The notes beneath the pieces were generated by a model. It saw only the letters and a program-made list of their open reading frames with translations. It had not been told where the DNA came from and ran no database searches. Below, piece by piece: positions 37,402 to 48,394 of a stretch of DNA of 64,000 nucleotides; the first letter of the stretch is position 1, and each line of letters begins with the position of its first letter. This DNA comes from Octopus sinensis (taxonomy: Eukaryota). The translations under genes and the position numbers were made by a program. Location of the stretch: positions 33,356,001-33,420,000 of the forward strand of contig NC_043013.1 of NCBI RefSeq assembly GCF_006345805.1, given 5' to 3'.

Positions 37402-40400
37402 TTTTTTTTTCTTCTTTCAAATTTGCTTCCATTTCTTGCCGGGTGTCTTCCCGACTCCTAGGGCAAAGAAACTCATAGTATACATTGGTAGGCCATTAAA
37501 CCAAACTCAGCAGTTCGTTCATTTTTTTTTTTTTTGTAAAGTTAAATTAAAATACATGAGCAGCAACAGTTCTCACATCGACAATGCTCTTCTCAATACG
37601 TCTGATGTACCAGTTAAGACAATCTTTTGCACTTCTTGCAGGGATGGTAAGCCAGGGATCATTCTCATATAATTTTCGGTTCCGTTCTTGATCATTCCTA
37701 GTGCTCCTACGATCACTGGTATTGTAACCGCCTTGAGATGCCACATTTTCTCAATTTCAATGAGTAGGTCTTTATATTTTCTGAGCTTGTCAAACTCTTT
37801 CGCTGAGATATTATGATCACAGGGGATGCTCATGTCGACCAATAAGCAAACTTTATTGTTTTGGTCTTTCACAACAATATCTGGTTTATTGGCCTTGATG
37901 GTTCGGTCTGTATGTACTGGAAAGTCCCACAGAATGGTTACATTTTCTCCTTCAGTTACAGCCTCAGGGTGGTGATTATACCACTTGTCGGCAGTTTTGA
38001 TATTGTAATGCCGACCTATTAGCCAGTGGAGATATTGGCCAACTCTGTCATGTCTTAATTTATACTCCACTGGTGCTAAGACTTTACATCCAGAGATTAG
38101 GTGGTCCACTGTTTCAATCATGTCGTTGCAGAATCGGCATTTTGGGTCTGCTCCATTTTTCATCACATTGGCCTGGTAGTTCCGGGTTAATAGGCTTTGG
38201 TCTTGAGCAGCCAGGATGACACCTTCGCTCTCTGCTTTTAGCCCTGAGCTCCGTAGCCACTGATGGGTTTGCTTCTGGTCAACATCAGCTTGTTTGCTGC
38301 GGGTCACATATTTGCCGTGCAGAGGTTTCTCCTCCCACCTATCAGCCAATTGCTCGTGCGCTTTTTTCATTGCCATCATTTTCACCTTCTTTGCAACAAT
38401 AGTTGCCGTACTTCCCTCGGGTTGTTCAGTTTGGGTATCCTGCACGAGATCAATAGCAAATTTTTTACTTTCCTTGATGATAGAATGAAGCTTCTTTCGT
38501 CTCTTTTGATTTTCCACGAGCTTTAGCATCCAGTCATTCGATATTTCGAGATATTTGGCCAGTCCAATTGTGGTTGTTTTGTAAGCTAGTTCAAATTGGA
38601 TCAGGCCTCGATCTCCTTGGGCTCTGGGAAGGTAAAGGCGATCTACGTCTGCCTTTGGGCGGTGCATCCTATTACAACTCAGCAGCTTGCGTATTTTTCT
38701 ATCTATATTCTTTACTTCACTCATATTCCAGTTCAACACATTGTAGCTATAAGTAACAACTGGAACTGCTAAGGAATTTATAGCTAACACCTTGTTACGT
38801 GCATTTAGTTCAGATTTCAGGACTGCACGAACACTCCTATAACATTCCTTCCTGATTTTCTCTTTCATGCTTGCATGCTGAATACCAGAGCCTTCATTTA
38901 TCCCTAAATATTTGTATGTTTGTTCTTGCTCAAGCTCTCTTATGACTGTGTCAACATCTAACACGACTGAATTTGTGGTCTTCACTTTCCCTTTGTGGAA
39001 AGTGGCCTTGGCACACTTCTCAAGTCCAAACTCCATCCCGATGTCATCGCTGAATGCTTTCACGGTGCGCAATAGGCCTTCAAGTTCATTATTGTCTTTA
39101 CCATAAAGTTTTAAGTCATCCATATAAAATAGATGGCTTATTTTTATATTGGCAATTTTATACCCATACCCTGTTCTGTTTAATTCACATGTAAGGGGTA
39201 TTAGGGCTATGCAGAATATTAAAGGTGAAAGTGAGTCACCTTGAAAAATTCCACAGTTGATGTTTATATTTTCTGAGGCAAGTACTCCATTAGAGTGGTA
39301 TAATTGGAGATTCGTATTCCACAACGACATATTGTGCTTCAGGAAGTTTGAAATCACAGGGGAAATTTTGAAGATGTCCAGCGATCTCAAGATCTATGGA
39401 TGCGGTATACTGTCGAAGGCCTTTTTATAGTCAATCCATGCGGTGCTGAGATTTCTGCGCTTGTTGTGACAGTTCTCAAGGATCATACGATTGATTAGCA
39501 GTTGATCTTTGCATCCGTAAGAGCCTCGGCGGCACCCTTTTTGTTCAATGGGGAATATATCGTTCTTCTCTATGAATGCATATGTTTTCTCCGCCAGGAT
39601 AGATGTTAGGATTTTATATGTGGTGGATAGACAGGTTATAGGCCGATAGTTTTTTGGAAGGTTGGTTTCGTTATTCTTTGGGAGTAGGTAAGTAATGCCA
39701 CTTGCTAACCATTCAGGTGTTTTCTTTGGGTCTCTCATAATCCCATTGAGCAGCTGAACTAGCTTACCGTGGGCGCACGGGAGCGATGCGAGCCAGAAAT
39801 TCGGCACCCTATCTTTACCGGGGGATTTCCAATTATGGGCCTTCGTGAGTGCCTTTCTTAGGTCTGCTATTGTGATGTCTTCCCATGCTTGTTGTTGTAA
39901 ATTTTGGTAGGATCCTTCAGTTTGTATAATCCAGTCTGCATTTATGTTGTACGTCTTCTTGTCACTCCAAATCCTTTTCCAAAAGTTTTGAACTTCTTCC
40001 ATGGGAGAGGGGGTCTCTAACGGTACTTTCTCCTTCCCTATTTCTCTGTAGAACTTTTTGGCATTGGATGTGAACAGCTTATTTTGCTTGTAAAACTTGT
40101 TTCTCTTCTCAAATCTTCGTATTCTTTGGGCTTTTGCTTGGACTTTTTGTTTCAGCGTTTCTTTTATTGATATCAGTTCTTCTCTTGGTGAGGATCCAAA
40201 TTTTTTCTTCATCTTTCTTCCTGTTCTGGATCTTACATCATTTCCACATATTAGTTCATTTAATATTGATATTTCCCCTCTCCTAACTTCAATCTCTTTT
40301 ACAATTTTACTTCTCCAGCTTTGATTTCTTCCCAGGTTTTGTTTTCTTTGTTTTTTCGGGGGCATACAGCTGGTTTCAATTGCCCTAGCAGAAGCGTAAA

Positions 40401-41373
40401 TAATTTCATTTAACTCAGTAAAATCAGGTTTTAATTCTCGTATTATTTCATTTGTTACATAGTTGCCAATTTGGATTTGTTTTTTATTTTGGTTTGTATT
40501 TGAGAGTTTATGAAGCGGTTCTCTATCATTCATACTTGTATGTCTTACAACTTCAAGCGTATTCAGGATTTTCTGCCTCATTTCTGCCATAGACTCTCTG
40601 TGTTCTTCAGCAAATGCGAGATCTTCAGTTACTGTTGTTTTGTTTTTTCGTTTTCCTGGCTATCTTTAACAGGTACAATAGAATTTCTTGTATCTTCAGG
40701 CCTTTGCGTACTTTGGTCAGATGCAGTCTTTCAATTAAGCCTCGTGGCGGGCTATACTGTTCATCTGATTCTTCATTTCCTTTGTGTCTTATATTTATGT
40801 CATTTTCCGTTGCGTGCTTGATCGCGCTTATTTCACTGTCTGTGAGTCTGTTATTTCTAAAGATATCCCTCCTCACATTTGCTAATTTGTTCTCGTCCAA
40901 ATAGGGCCTACTGTCTTGATTCCGTGTTCTCCATATACTGTAAGAGTTGCGGTGTGTCTCTTTTGAGATGGCCTACCTAATGCATAGTAATAAGCGTATA
41001 TTACTTCTTTATACTCTTCTCGGGTCCATTTGTTCCGCTTACATTTCTTTCTGTGGTGGTGGTGTGTGGTGAACTTGGAGGGCTCGAGTTGGGGGATTTC
41101 CCGTTCAAGTGACCATCCATGTCCGTATTCGGAGAAGAGTTTGTGCCAGTTGATGACTTTTCGATCCCAGGCTGGCTCTTCCCTGGGGGACGCGCTTCCA
41201 GATTAACCATAGGACAAGCGATTTGGTATACTGATTTAGTTTTCCTTTTAGTTTCCAAAAACATTTTGGTGCTACGATAATGTTATCATTTTTTAGCTTT
41301 GATTGGCTCGTGGGAAGACGGCCATCATTGCCGTTACAATTATAATCGTACCATTATAGCAGCCGTAGTCGGC
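37401..41373 (-). mobile_element. Apparently full-length R4/Dong-clade (RLE) non-LTR retrotransposon inserted in (TAA)n
   Basis: The 3' end gaaagaagaaaaaaaaaag abuts a long (TAA)n; the inferred 5' end GCCGACTACGGC follows aataataa. Single-ORF domain order: N-terminal KWTREE motif, RT, CCHC, RLE. The 5' boundary is less certain than the 3'. Confidence 0.9.
37573..41060 (-). pseudogene. RT-CCHC-RLE polyprotein ORF disrupted by one nonsense codon and at least two frameshifts
   Basis: The 398-aa and 605-aa ORFs are in frame, separated by TAG at 39396-39394 (DSIPHP*ILRSL, expected W). Motifs: NYRPITCLS, DYKKAFDS, GIFQGDSLSPL, YMDDLKLY, CRFC..ETVDHLISGC, RHD, KPDIVV..LVDMSIP. The N-terminal KWTREEYKEV and DENKLANVRRDI lie in shifted frames near 40955 and 40650. 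Confidence 0.93.
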
Positions 41374-41631
41374 TTATTATTGTTATTATCACCACATTAC
41401 CATCACTATCATCATTATCACCACCATTACCATCATCATCATCATCATCACCATCACCATCACCACCATCATCATCAATGATATTGTTTTATGTGTAGTC
41501 ACAGCAGTATCTTATTATTGTTATTTTTGTTTTTTTATCATTATCACCATCACAGTAGTGTCTGTCTGTCTCGTTGGCTGGCTTGGTGGTTGGCTGGCTG
41601 ATATCATCATTATTATTATTATTATCATCAT

Positions 41632-41802
41632 TTTTTTCTCTTTATCACAGGTTTTGTTGGAGCTTCTGGCGTCTTGCATGCGTAGCGGGCTTGTTATCTG
41701 CAGCTTACCTTACCATGCTATCCATTCTTTTTTTTCAGATGTCTAATACTTACCTGATTATTCTGGTCGTGCCAAGGAGGAAGCCTTTTTGTAACAGTTC
41801 TC
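41632..41802 (-). mobile_element. Extreme 3' fragment of an R4/Dong-like element (same family as 33772 and 34160)
   Basis: ELLQKGFLLGTTRIIR*VLDI* plus 3' UTR; gaactgttacaaa..ctccttggcacg.ccagaa is shared with about 35065-35110; TAA/TGA repeats on both sides. Confidence 0.8.
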
Positions 41803-41812
41803 ATTATTATTA

Positions 41813-41843
<31 letters not shown>

Positions 41844-41844
41844 G

Positions 41845-41883
<39 letters not shown>

Positions 41884-41884
41884 A

Positions 41885-42390
41885 TTATTTACTTTTAATT
41901 TGCATGCTTGTTACAATCACTTGCCGATACACAACCAGTGTCCTAGGGCGGGTGATGGATAAGAAATTTTAAAGTATGACGGAAAACTTGGAGAAGGAAC
42001 GTGGCAGGGGCAGTAGCGAAATAGTATCAGGTAATACAACACAGACATTTCAAATGATAGGAATTTTCTAAGAATGTGGGCAGTACTTATCAGCACAATG
42101 TTTTGGATTTCTTTGCGACATGGTTCTCCTGGGATCTTATCTAAATGTTCTGACATCCCTTTCTTATCATACCTAGGACACCAACAATAACACGAACATT
42201 TCTCGTTTTAAGATGCCACATTTTTTCTATTTCAATTTCAAGGTCCTTATATTTTCTTGATTTGTCAAATTCCTTTACAGATATATTTTCATCAGTGGGA
42301 ACACTTACGTCTATTAGTCTACAAGTATTTTCTTCACTGTCTTTAATGACTATGCCTGGTCGATTAGCCTGGAAAATCCAAGAGGATAGT
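41885..42390 (-). pseudogene. 5'-truncated R4/Dong-like element related to the 37.4-41.4 kb element
   Basis: QANRPGIVIKDSEENTCRLIDVSVPTDENISVKEFDK..KYKDLEIEIEKMWHLK and EIQNIVLISTAHILRK; the 3' UTR ends in (TAA)n. Confidence 0.9.
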
Positions 42391-42441
42391 GACATTCTTA
42401 CCTACAATGACTGACTCAGGATGATGTTCATACCAGTAATA

Positions 42442-42495
<54 letters not shown>

Positions 42496-43212
42496 CAACA
42501 ACAATAATAATAATAATAATAATTATTATTATTTCCTTTTATTGGCCAGGGCTCATTCATATGTCCTAATGAATATATATATATATTCTTTTCCATTCAA
42601 GGCACAAGGCCCGAAATTTTTGGATCGATCCTAGTATGCAACTAGTACTTAATTTGTCGAACCCGAAAATATGTAAAGGCAAAGTCGATCTCACCAGAAT
42701 TTGAAGTATGTGGTTTATGCAGGGAAAAAATTTTATTGACAGGAAAAATGCATTGACATGAAATGAAGTCTGAAGACAACAAACAATATTTCGGTCTATT
42801 ACACACTTTGTTTTAATTTCACAAACTAATTGAAGGAAAATACAATTAAAATCTAAAATAGACAAGGTTCAAATAATCGCATCTCATTTATATACGAATT
42901 ATAGTTGCCTGTAAGCAATTTCTTTGTTTGACGGTACAAACAACATACCACGTTCTCTTGTTAGACTTCAATAAATTTTAAGAAATTGATATTACTTCCG
43001 CTTCTTCAATTTGCATACGGTTCTCCATTCTTAACTTCAAGTATTCTATATTTTTCTTTAAGGCTGTTTCCCTTTCAATGTCAGTAAAGCCGAAAATTTG
43101 TGTCAGAAAAGAGTTCTCCTCTCGCTCATTCTATTCAAACTCCCTCGTGATACACAATGTTGTTTTAGGTCTTTCTCTTTTTTCTTCCTTCTCTTGATTT
43201 TGATATACTTAC

Positions 43213-43305
43213 AAACTGTTCAAAGTCCTTATCGATCCCCAAGATTTTGGAGTGGTACAAATGCATGTGATCGGAAATATGTTCCATGATAATTGGATTC
43301 TGGAT
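43213..43305 (-). CDS. Candidate 93-nt exon, product unknown
   Basis: ctctctcctcatcctag acceptor and GTAAGT donor; length divisible by 3; open in phase 0 and phase 2. Confidence 0.25.
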
Positions 43306-43602
43306 CTAGGATGAGGAGAGAGCTCCCGGAACCTCTGTTTAATGCAATGATAATAGTAGTTTCCTCGGTCTGCAGTCATTATTATTGTTGTGTCTGCTGT
43401 TTACATATTTTTTCAATAACCATACCTTAACATTTCAGATCCTTCGTAGCGAAATTGAAGCTTCAGCTCTCGATACATTTAGAATTTTAAGATTAACAAT
43501 ATTATTTACATATTTGGACATAGCATCGGTTCAAAGACTAAGTCTAAAATCGGCAAAAAGAGTGTTTGCAATTATAGGTATCTGGAAAAGTTTAACTATC
43601 TT

Positions 43603-44251
43603 TTAAACAAAAGCAGTGTTCAAACAATACTGAACTCCAAATATTGGTGTATGTGCTGCTTGGTTTCAGACTGAACCGTACCATGTTACGATAAAATGTT
43701 TCCACTTATATAGCTTTAGATGTAATCCTTCGAGCATGTAAAAAGTGTCAAGGGAGTCTGTACCTTTAAGGACTAAAAAGAAGATAACGTTTATTCACGC
43801 CATTGCTGAATGATAAGAAAACAAAGGACTATGCGCACACGCATACATGCTTGTATATATGCGGTAGCTCTACCTGCTGCAAGGTCGGCTGCCATTGCTT
43901 GTGTCCAATAAAACCAACGAAAGTATTTCATACTGGAAATATAAATCTTGGAATAATTCTCTACTACAAACGTGGAATCTAAGTAAAATTAAGTTAAATT
44001 TAAAAAAAAACAAAAAAAAAACAAGCAGTTTGAATTCTCTATTTACCCAAGTTTGCCGTAGACTTTATTTTGTTTTATTGATCTGCATTGAACTTACGCA
44101 TGACACTTTTTACATGCTTGAAGGCTTACATCTAAAGCTGTATAAGTGGAAACATTTTATCGTAACATGGTACGGTTTAGTCTAAAACCAAGCAAGACAC
44201 ACACCAACAACGTTTGGAGTTCAGTACTGTTTGAACACTGCTTTTGTTTAA
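43603..44251. mobile_element. Putative MITE/foldback element with ~150-bp inverted arms bounded by TTAA
   Basis: 43603-43750 is the reverse complement of 44101-44251 (about 10 substitutions plus a 3-nt indel); similarity stops exactly at TTAA on both outer ends. Confidence 0.7.
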
Positions 44252-44349
44252 TTGATCGGCATTGAACTTTCCACTTATATTCATAGTTGATCTGCCTGTT
44301 CATAATTTCCTACTTTGTAGCCCCTTATTTTCAGCTAGGCCCCATTCAT

Positions 44350-45700
44350 TTATAGCAGATCACTTTTACGCTAATGGTATTTCTCGATACACGTTATTTT
44401 GTCAATTTTCGATTTTGTACGATACTGTTACCTAATTATAAGTTACACCTCCATGTGGTTTCCTTTGATTGTGAAACTATTCACAATCACCTTATTTCTT
44501 ATAACCGCTTACATACCGATTTCTATTACTTTTTACCGCTTAAATACCTATCAAACACTAATAATTAATTCTATGGTAACTGTGCTTATTTAATATGAAC
44601 CTCTCACACTCTTGAACATTTGTTCCAATTACATATACCTCTTCTGAACGAATTCCTCAATACCTTTCCCTTGTTAACGTTTTTTCCTACATCTCTTTGA
44701 AATATATACTTATACACCGGGTAAATTTTCTCCTTTTCCCTAAATTATTAACTTTCCTTATTCATTATCTTATTCATTAACTTTCATCTTTGTCCATTTT
44801 CTTTATTTTACTTTAATTTTCTCATAAGCCACTAAATACTTTTCATGTTTTTTTACACTTCACATACTGACATATGCACAATAATTTTTGAAAACTAATT
44901 TGTTAATTATTGTTTATATATATATTTTTTAATTTAAAAATTCTAATTTTTAATCCTTATTTATTTAAGGTATTTTTCTTAATTTGATTTTTAAAAATAG
45001 CTTTCCTTAAATAATAATTTTTTTTCGATATTCTCATCTTTTTAATTTTGAAAATTATTTTAATTATCTTACGATTTAATCAATCAATTGTATAGCTTTT
45101 TCAAAACTCAAGATAATTAACACGGTTTTTTTTTATTATTTTGGTCGATTTGCAATAACTGCATCATCTTCCTGTTAGTATTTCCTTTGACTTCCATGTT
45201 CTTTCTAACTAATTAATATTTTACATATTTCAAAATGTTTAACAGCATTTTGTTTATCCTTACGTTCTGAGTTCAAATTCCGCCGAAGTCGACTTTGCCT
45301 TTCATCCTTCCAAGGTCGATAATATAATAATTACCAGTTGAGCAATAGTGTCACTGTAATCGCCTTAGCCGCATTCCCAAAATTGCTGGCTTTGTGCCAA
45401 AATTGGAAGCCAATATTTCATTGACTTCTTCTTTCAACGCCACAATTTCAATGTATCATAACATTTTCCCTTATATTTTCTTATTTATTTCTATATATAT
45501 TTCTCTGTATTTTCAAAGCTTTAAATCAAATACCTGAACTTCTGACCTTGAGCCTATTTTACAAATATATGTTTCTGAACTAAAAGATTCATGTATTTCC
45601 CATTAGCTTGTATATAATGATCTTCATGTAGTCGACCATTTCTTTCGCTTGCCTTCGTATTTATTTTCGCGCAACTAACCATTGCTAATTTAGCCTTTGA
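44350..45700 (-). pseudogene. Possible very old Penelope-like RT/GIY-YIG relic, interrupted by a SINE
   Basis: Only weak fragments: IGSRSEVQVFDL, DDAVIANRPK and SNRNRYVSG. Confidence 0.25.
45235..45415 (+). mobile_element. SINE family A, head-truncated
   Basis: acgttctgagttcaaattccgccgaagtcgactttgcctttcatcc..gtgccaaaattggaagccaat. Confidence 0.85.
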
Positions 45701-46135
45701 ACCTCATCCTGTCACTTCATTTTATCATTCTCTTTCATTCATACCGTCTTCTTTCCTTCTGATTTCAAATACAAGCCAAAAGGGCTTCAATATTATAGAC
45801 GAAAAAGCTACTTATACCAATCGCTTCATTTTCTCCTCTAATTTCACACCAATAAAAACGCTTATATAGAATCACTTCATCCATTCCTATTCGTTAACAT
45901 TCTTTTGACAAGATAGTAAGATGAAAGGAAACTGCAGTTTACTAACTAACCAATTAAATAAATTAATATTAATTTTCAGTGTAGTATTGTCTTAAATTCT
46001 TTCACCTTGTAAATATAATTGTATGCCTATCCATGCCAAGGTAATTTTCAAATCTGTATAATGCAATGCCTAAAGAAAATAACTGAAAATAATCTTCTTT
46101 CATTTATAATTAGGTGTACCTATAAATATATATAT

Positions 46136-46199
<64 letters not shown>

Positions 46200-46239
46200 A
46201 TATATATACATATATGTATATATATATATATGTGTGGTG

Positions 46240-46760
46240 TGTGATGTCCTCGACTGTGTCAAGGTCCCAGAGGATTTTTGCATTCCCCTTTTCGTCCATC
46301 ACCTTTTTACGGTGTATGTAGGTACCAAGCACCCATAACCTCATGTCCATACTTACGGCATAGTAGCCAGTTGAGTTTTTGGGCTACCTTGTCGTGTCTA
46401 CGCTTGTACAGTTTTTGCGCGTGACTTTCACAAGCACTAACGACGTGATTCACGCATTTGACTCTATTCCCAGACATTATGCAGAGGTCCGATGCACTTG
46501 TGTGGTATATATTCTTTTTCACTCAGTTGGTATTCAATGCCTGGTCCTGCGCAGCGATGATTAGGCTCTCAGAATTCTTTTCTCAGGTCACCATTGTAAA
46601 TCACCTCCATGTCGCTTCCTGGTCTTTTAATTTGTTGGTTTCACGGTGGAACTTATCATATAATTCCATACGGAGTAGGGTTTCTTCTCTCTCGTAGGCT
46701 GTTCTTGATCAGAATTCATGAGCACATTTTTGTTAACTTCTTCTTCATTGGCAGCAGACT
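46240..46760 (-). pseudogene. Decayed R4/Dong-like fragment
   Basis: NSESLIIAAQDQALNTN, HVVSACESHAQKLYKRRHDKVAQKLNWLLC and NAKILWD; the 5' side abuts (TAA)n. Confidence 0.85.
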
Positions 46761-46796
46761 GTAGCAGGTCTTGTATTATCATTGTTGTTGTTGTTG

Positions 46797-46837
<41 letters not shown>

Positions 46838-46842
46838 GTTAA

Positions 46843-46896
<54 letters not shown>

Positions 46897-47096
46897 CATT
46901 ATTATTATTATTATTATTATTATATAATCTCACCCAAACTCATATGACTTACATTTTCTACAGAAACCTACTTTGTCTATCTTAGTGAACCAATGTTGCC
47001 AACTCCCACTAAATGTGCTGAGAGCCTCTTTCATTTGGTTGTTCACTCACCCATGCATGCACGCATACATACATACATACCTAATACATACATACA

Positions 47097-47128
<32 letters not shown>

Positions 47129-47138
47129 CTCACATACA

Positions 47139-47988
47139 TCTATAATACATTAAAAATCGGCTTGAATCTTGCTTGCTTGCAATGTTACCCAGCCAAATTG
47201 GCGCGTATAATGGAAAAATACTATGAACTTGGTTTTCCCTTAAATGTTAATATGAACGAAATAAAACAAGTTTCGTATAAATCGGAGAAGTGTTTTTTGA
47301 GATATAGGTGTTTGCAGGGTATAAAAAGGGTGCATAATGGGAAAATATTCCGAAATTAATTTAATCCTGAAAGGGAAGTAACTCTTACGTTTCAATTAGA
47401 CACTATGAATTGACAACGAAAAAATACGATTTATTTTTTATAGTAAATGTTTCTATTTTCACCTTTGTTAAACGTAATATTTTAATAATTTAGAAATATT
47501 TTAAAGTAAATGTGATTTCAAAAATGTAAGTTCAGCAAGTATTTATATTTTAGCGTTCTTTAAACAGACAATATTTTAATGTTTTTAAAGATTATTTTCA
47601 AAGAGAAAATGAATTTAAAAGTACGGTAAATATTTCGTAAAAAAACCTTTTCGTAACCTCGGTGTGAAATATTTTTTCCACGGGTATTTTTTCGTATGCA
47701 TTCAATGTATTTCATCTCCAAAGATTTGGCTGCTATTTCTAGCACACCCTACTACCACGTAACACCTATCTGCGATAAAGGACCCGAAATACCAGTTACA
47801 TGGTAGCAGGCCGTGCGAGAAAAGGGCAGCCAAATCTTTCCTTTTCCAGGGAAATGGGCCGTTTACGCATAATTTCGATGTCACATTCGTTGAAAGCATG
47901 CAAAATAACCTAGAAAAGAAAAAATCCTCCAAAGTTCCGTTGCTGGGAAACTCAGACCCGGTGAACCAACTGGTTACGGGTAATCTAG
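47139..47988 (+). mobile_element. Non-autonomous Helitron (850 bp)
   Basis: 5' A|TCTATAATACATTAAAA; 3' hairpin ACCCG..AACCA-ac-TGGTT..CGGGT, then AAT-CTAG|T; no TSD. These are canonical Helitron termini in an AT dinucleotide. Confidence 0.75.
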
Positions 47989-48044
47989 TATATACATAAA
48001 TACATACGTACATGCATACACATATGCATACATATATATACTCT

Positions 48045-48388
48045 TTTCTCTTTTACTCTTTTACTTGTTTCAGTCATTTGACTGTGGCCATGCTGGAGCA
48101 CCGCCTTTAGTCGAGCAAATCGACCCCGGGACTTATTCTTTGTAAGCTCAGTACTTATTCTATCGGTCTCTTTTGCCGAACAGCTAAGTGACGGGGACGT
48201 AAACACACCAGCATCGGTTGTCAAGCAATGCTAGGGGGACAAACACAGACACACAAACACATACACACACATACATATATATATACATATATACGACAGG
48301 CTTCTTTCAGTTTCCGTCTACCAAATCCACTCACAAGGCATTGGTCAGCCCGGGGCTATAGCAGAAGACACTTGCCCAAGATGCCCAA
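48045..48388 (-). mobile_element. SINE family B, head-truncated, abutting the maT relic
   Basis: Highly similar to 57825-58237; ends in a gcccaagat duplication. Confidence 0.9.
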
Positions 48389-48394
48389 GATCTA

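Noticed and set aside
41290-41373. HDV-like ribozyme at the 5' end of the R4 element
   Set aside because: A P3/L3-like segment and GCTAA are present, but P1 is only 4 bp and P2 cannot be placed next to J4/2; not called as a feature.
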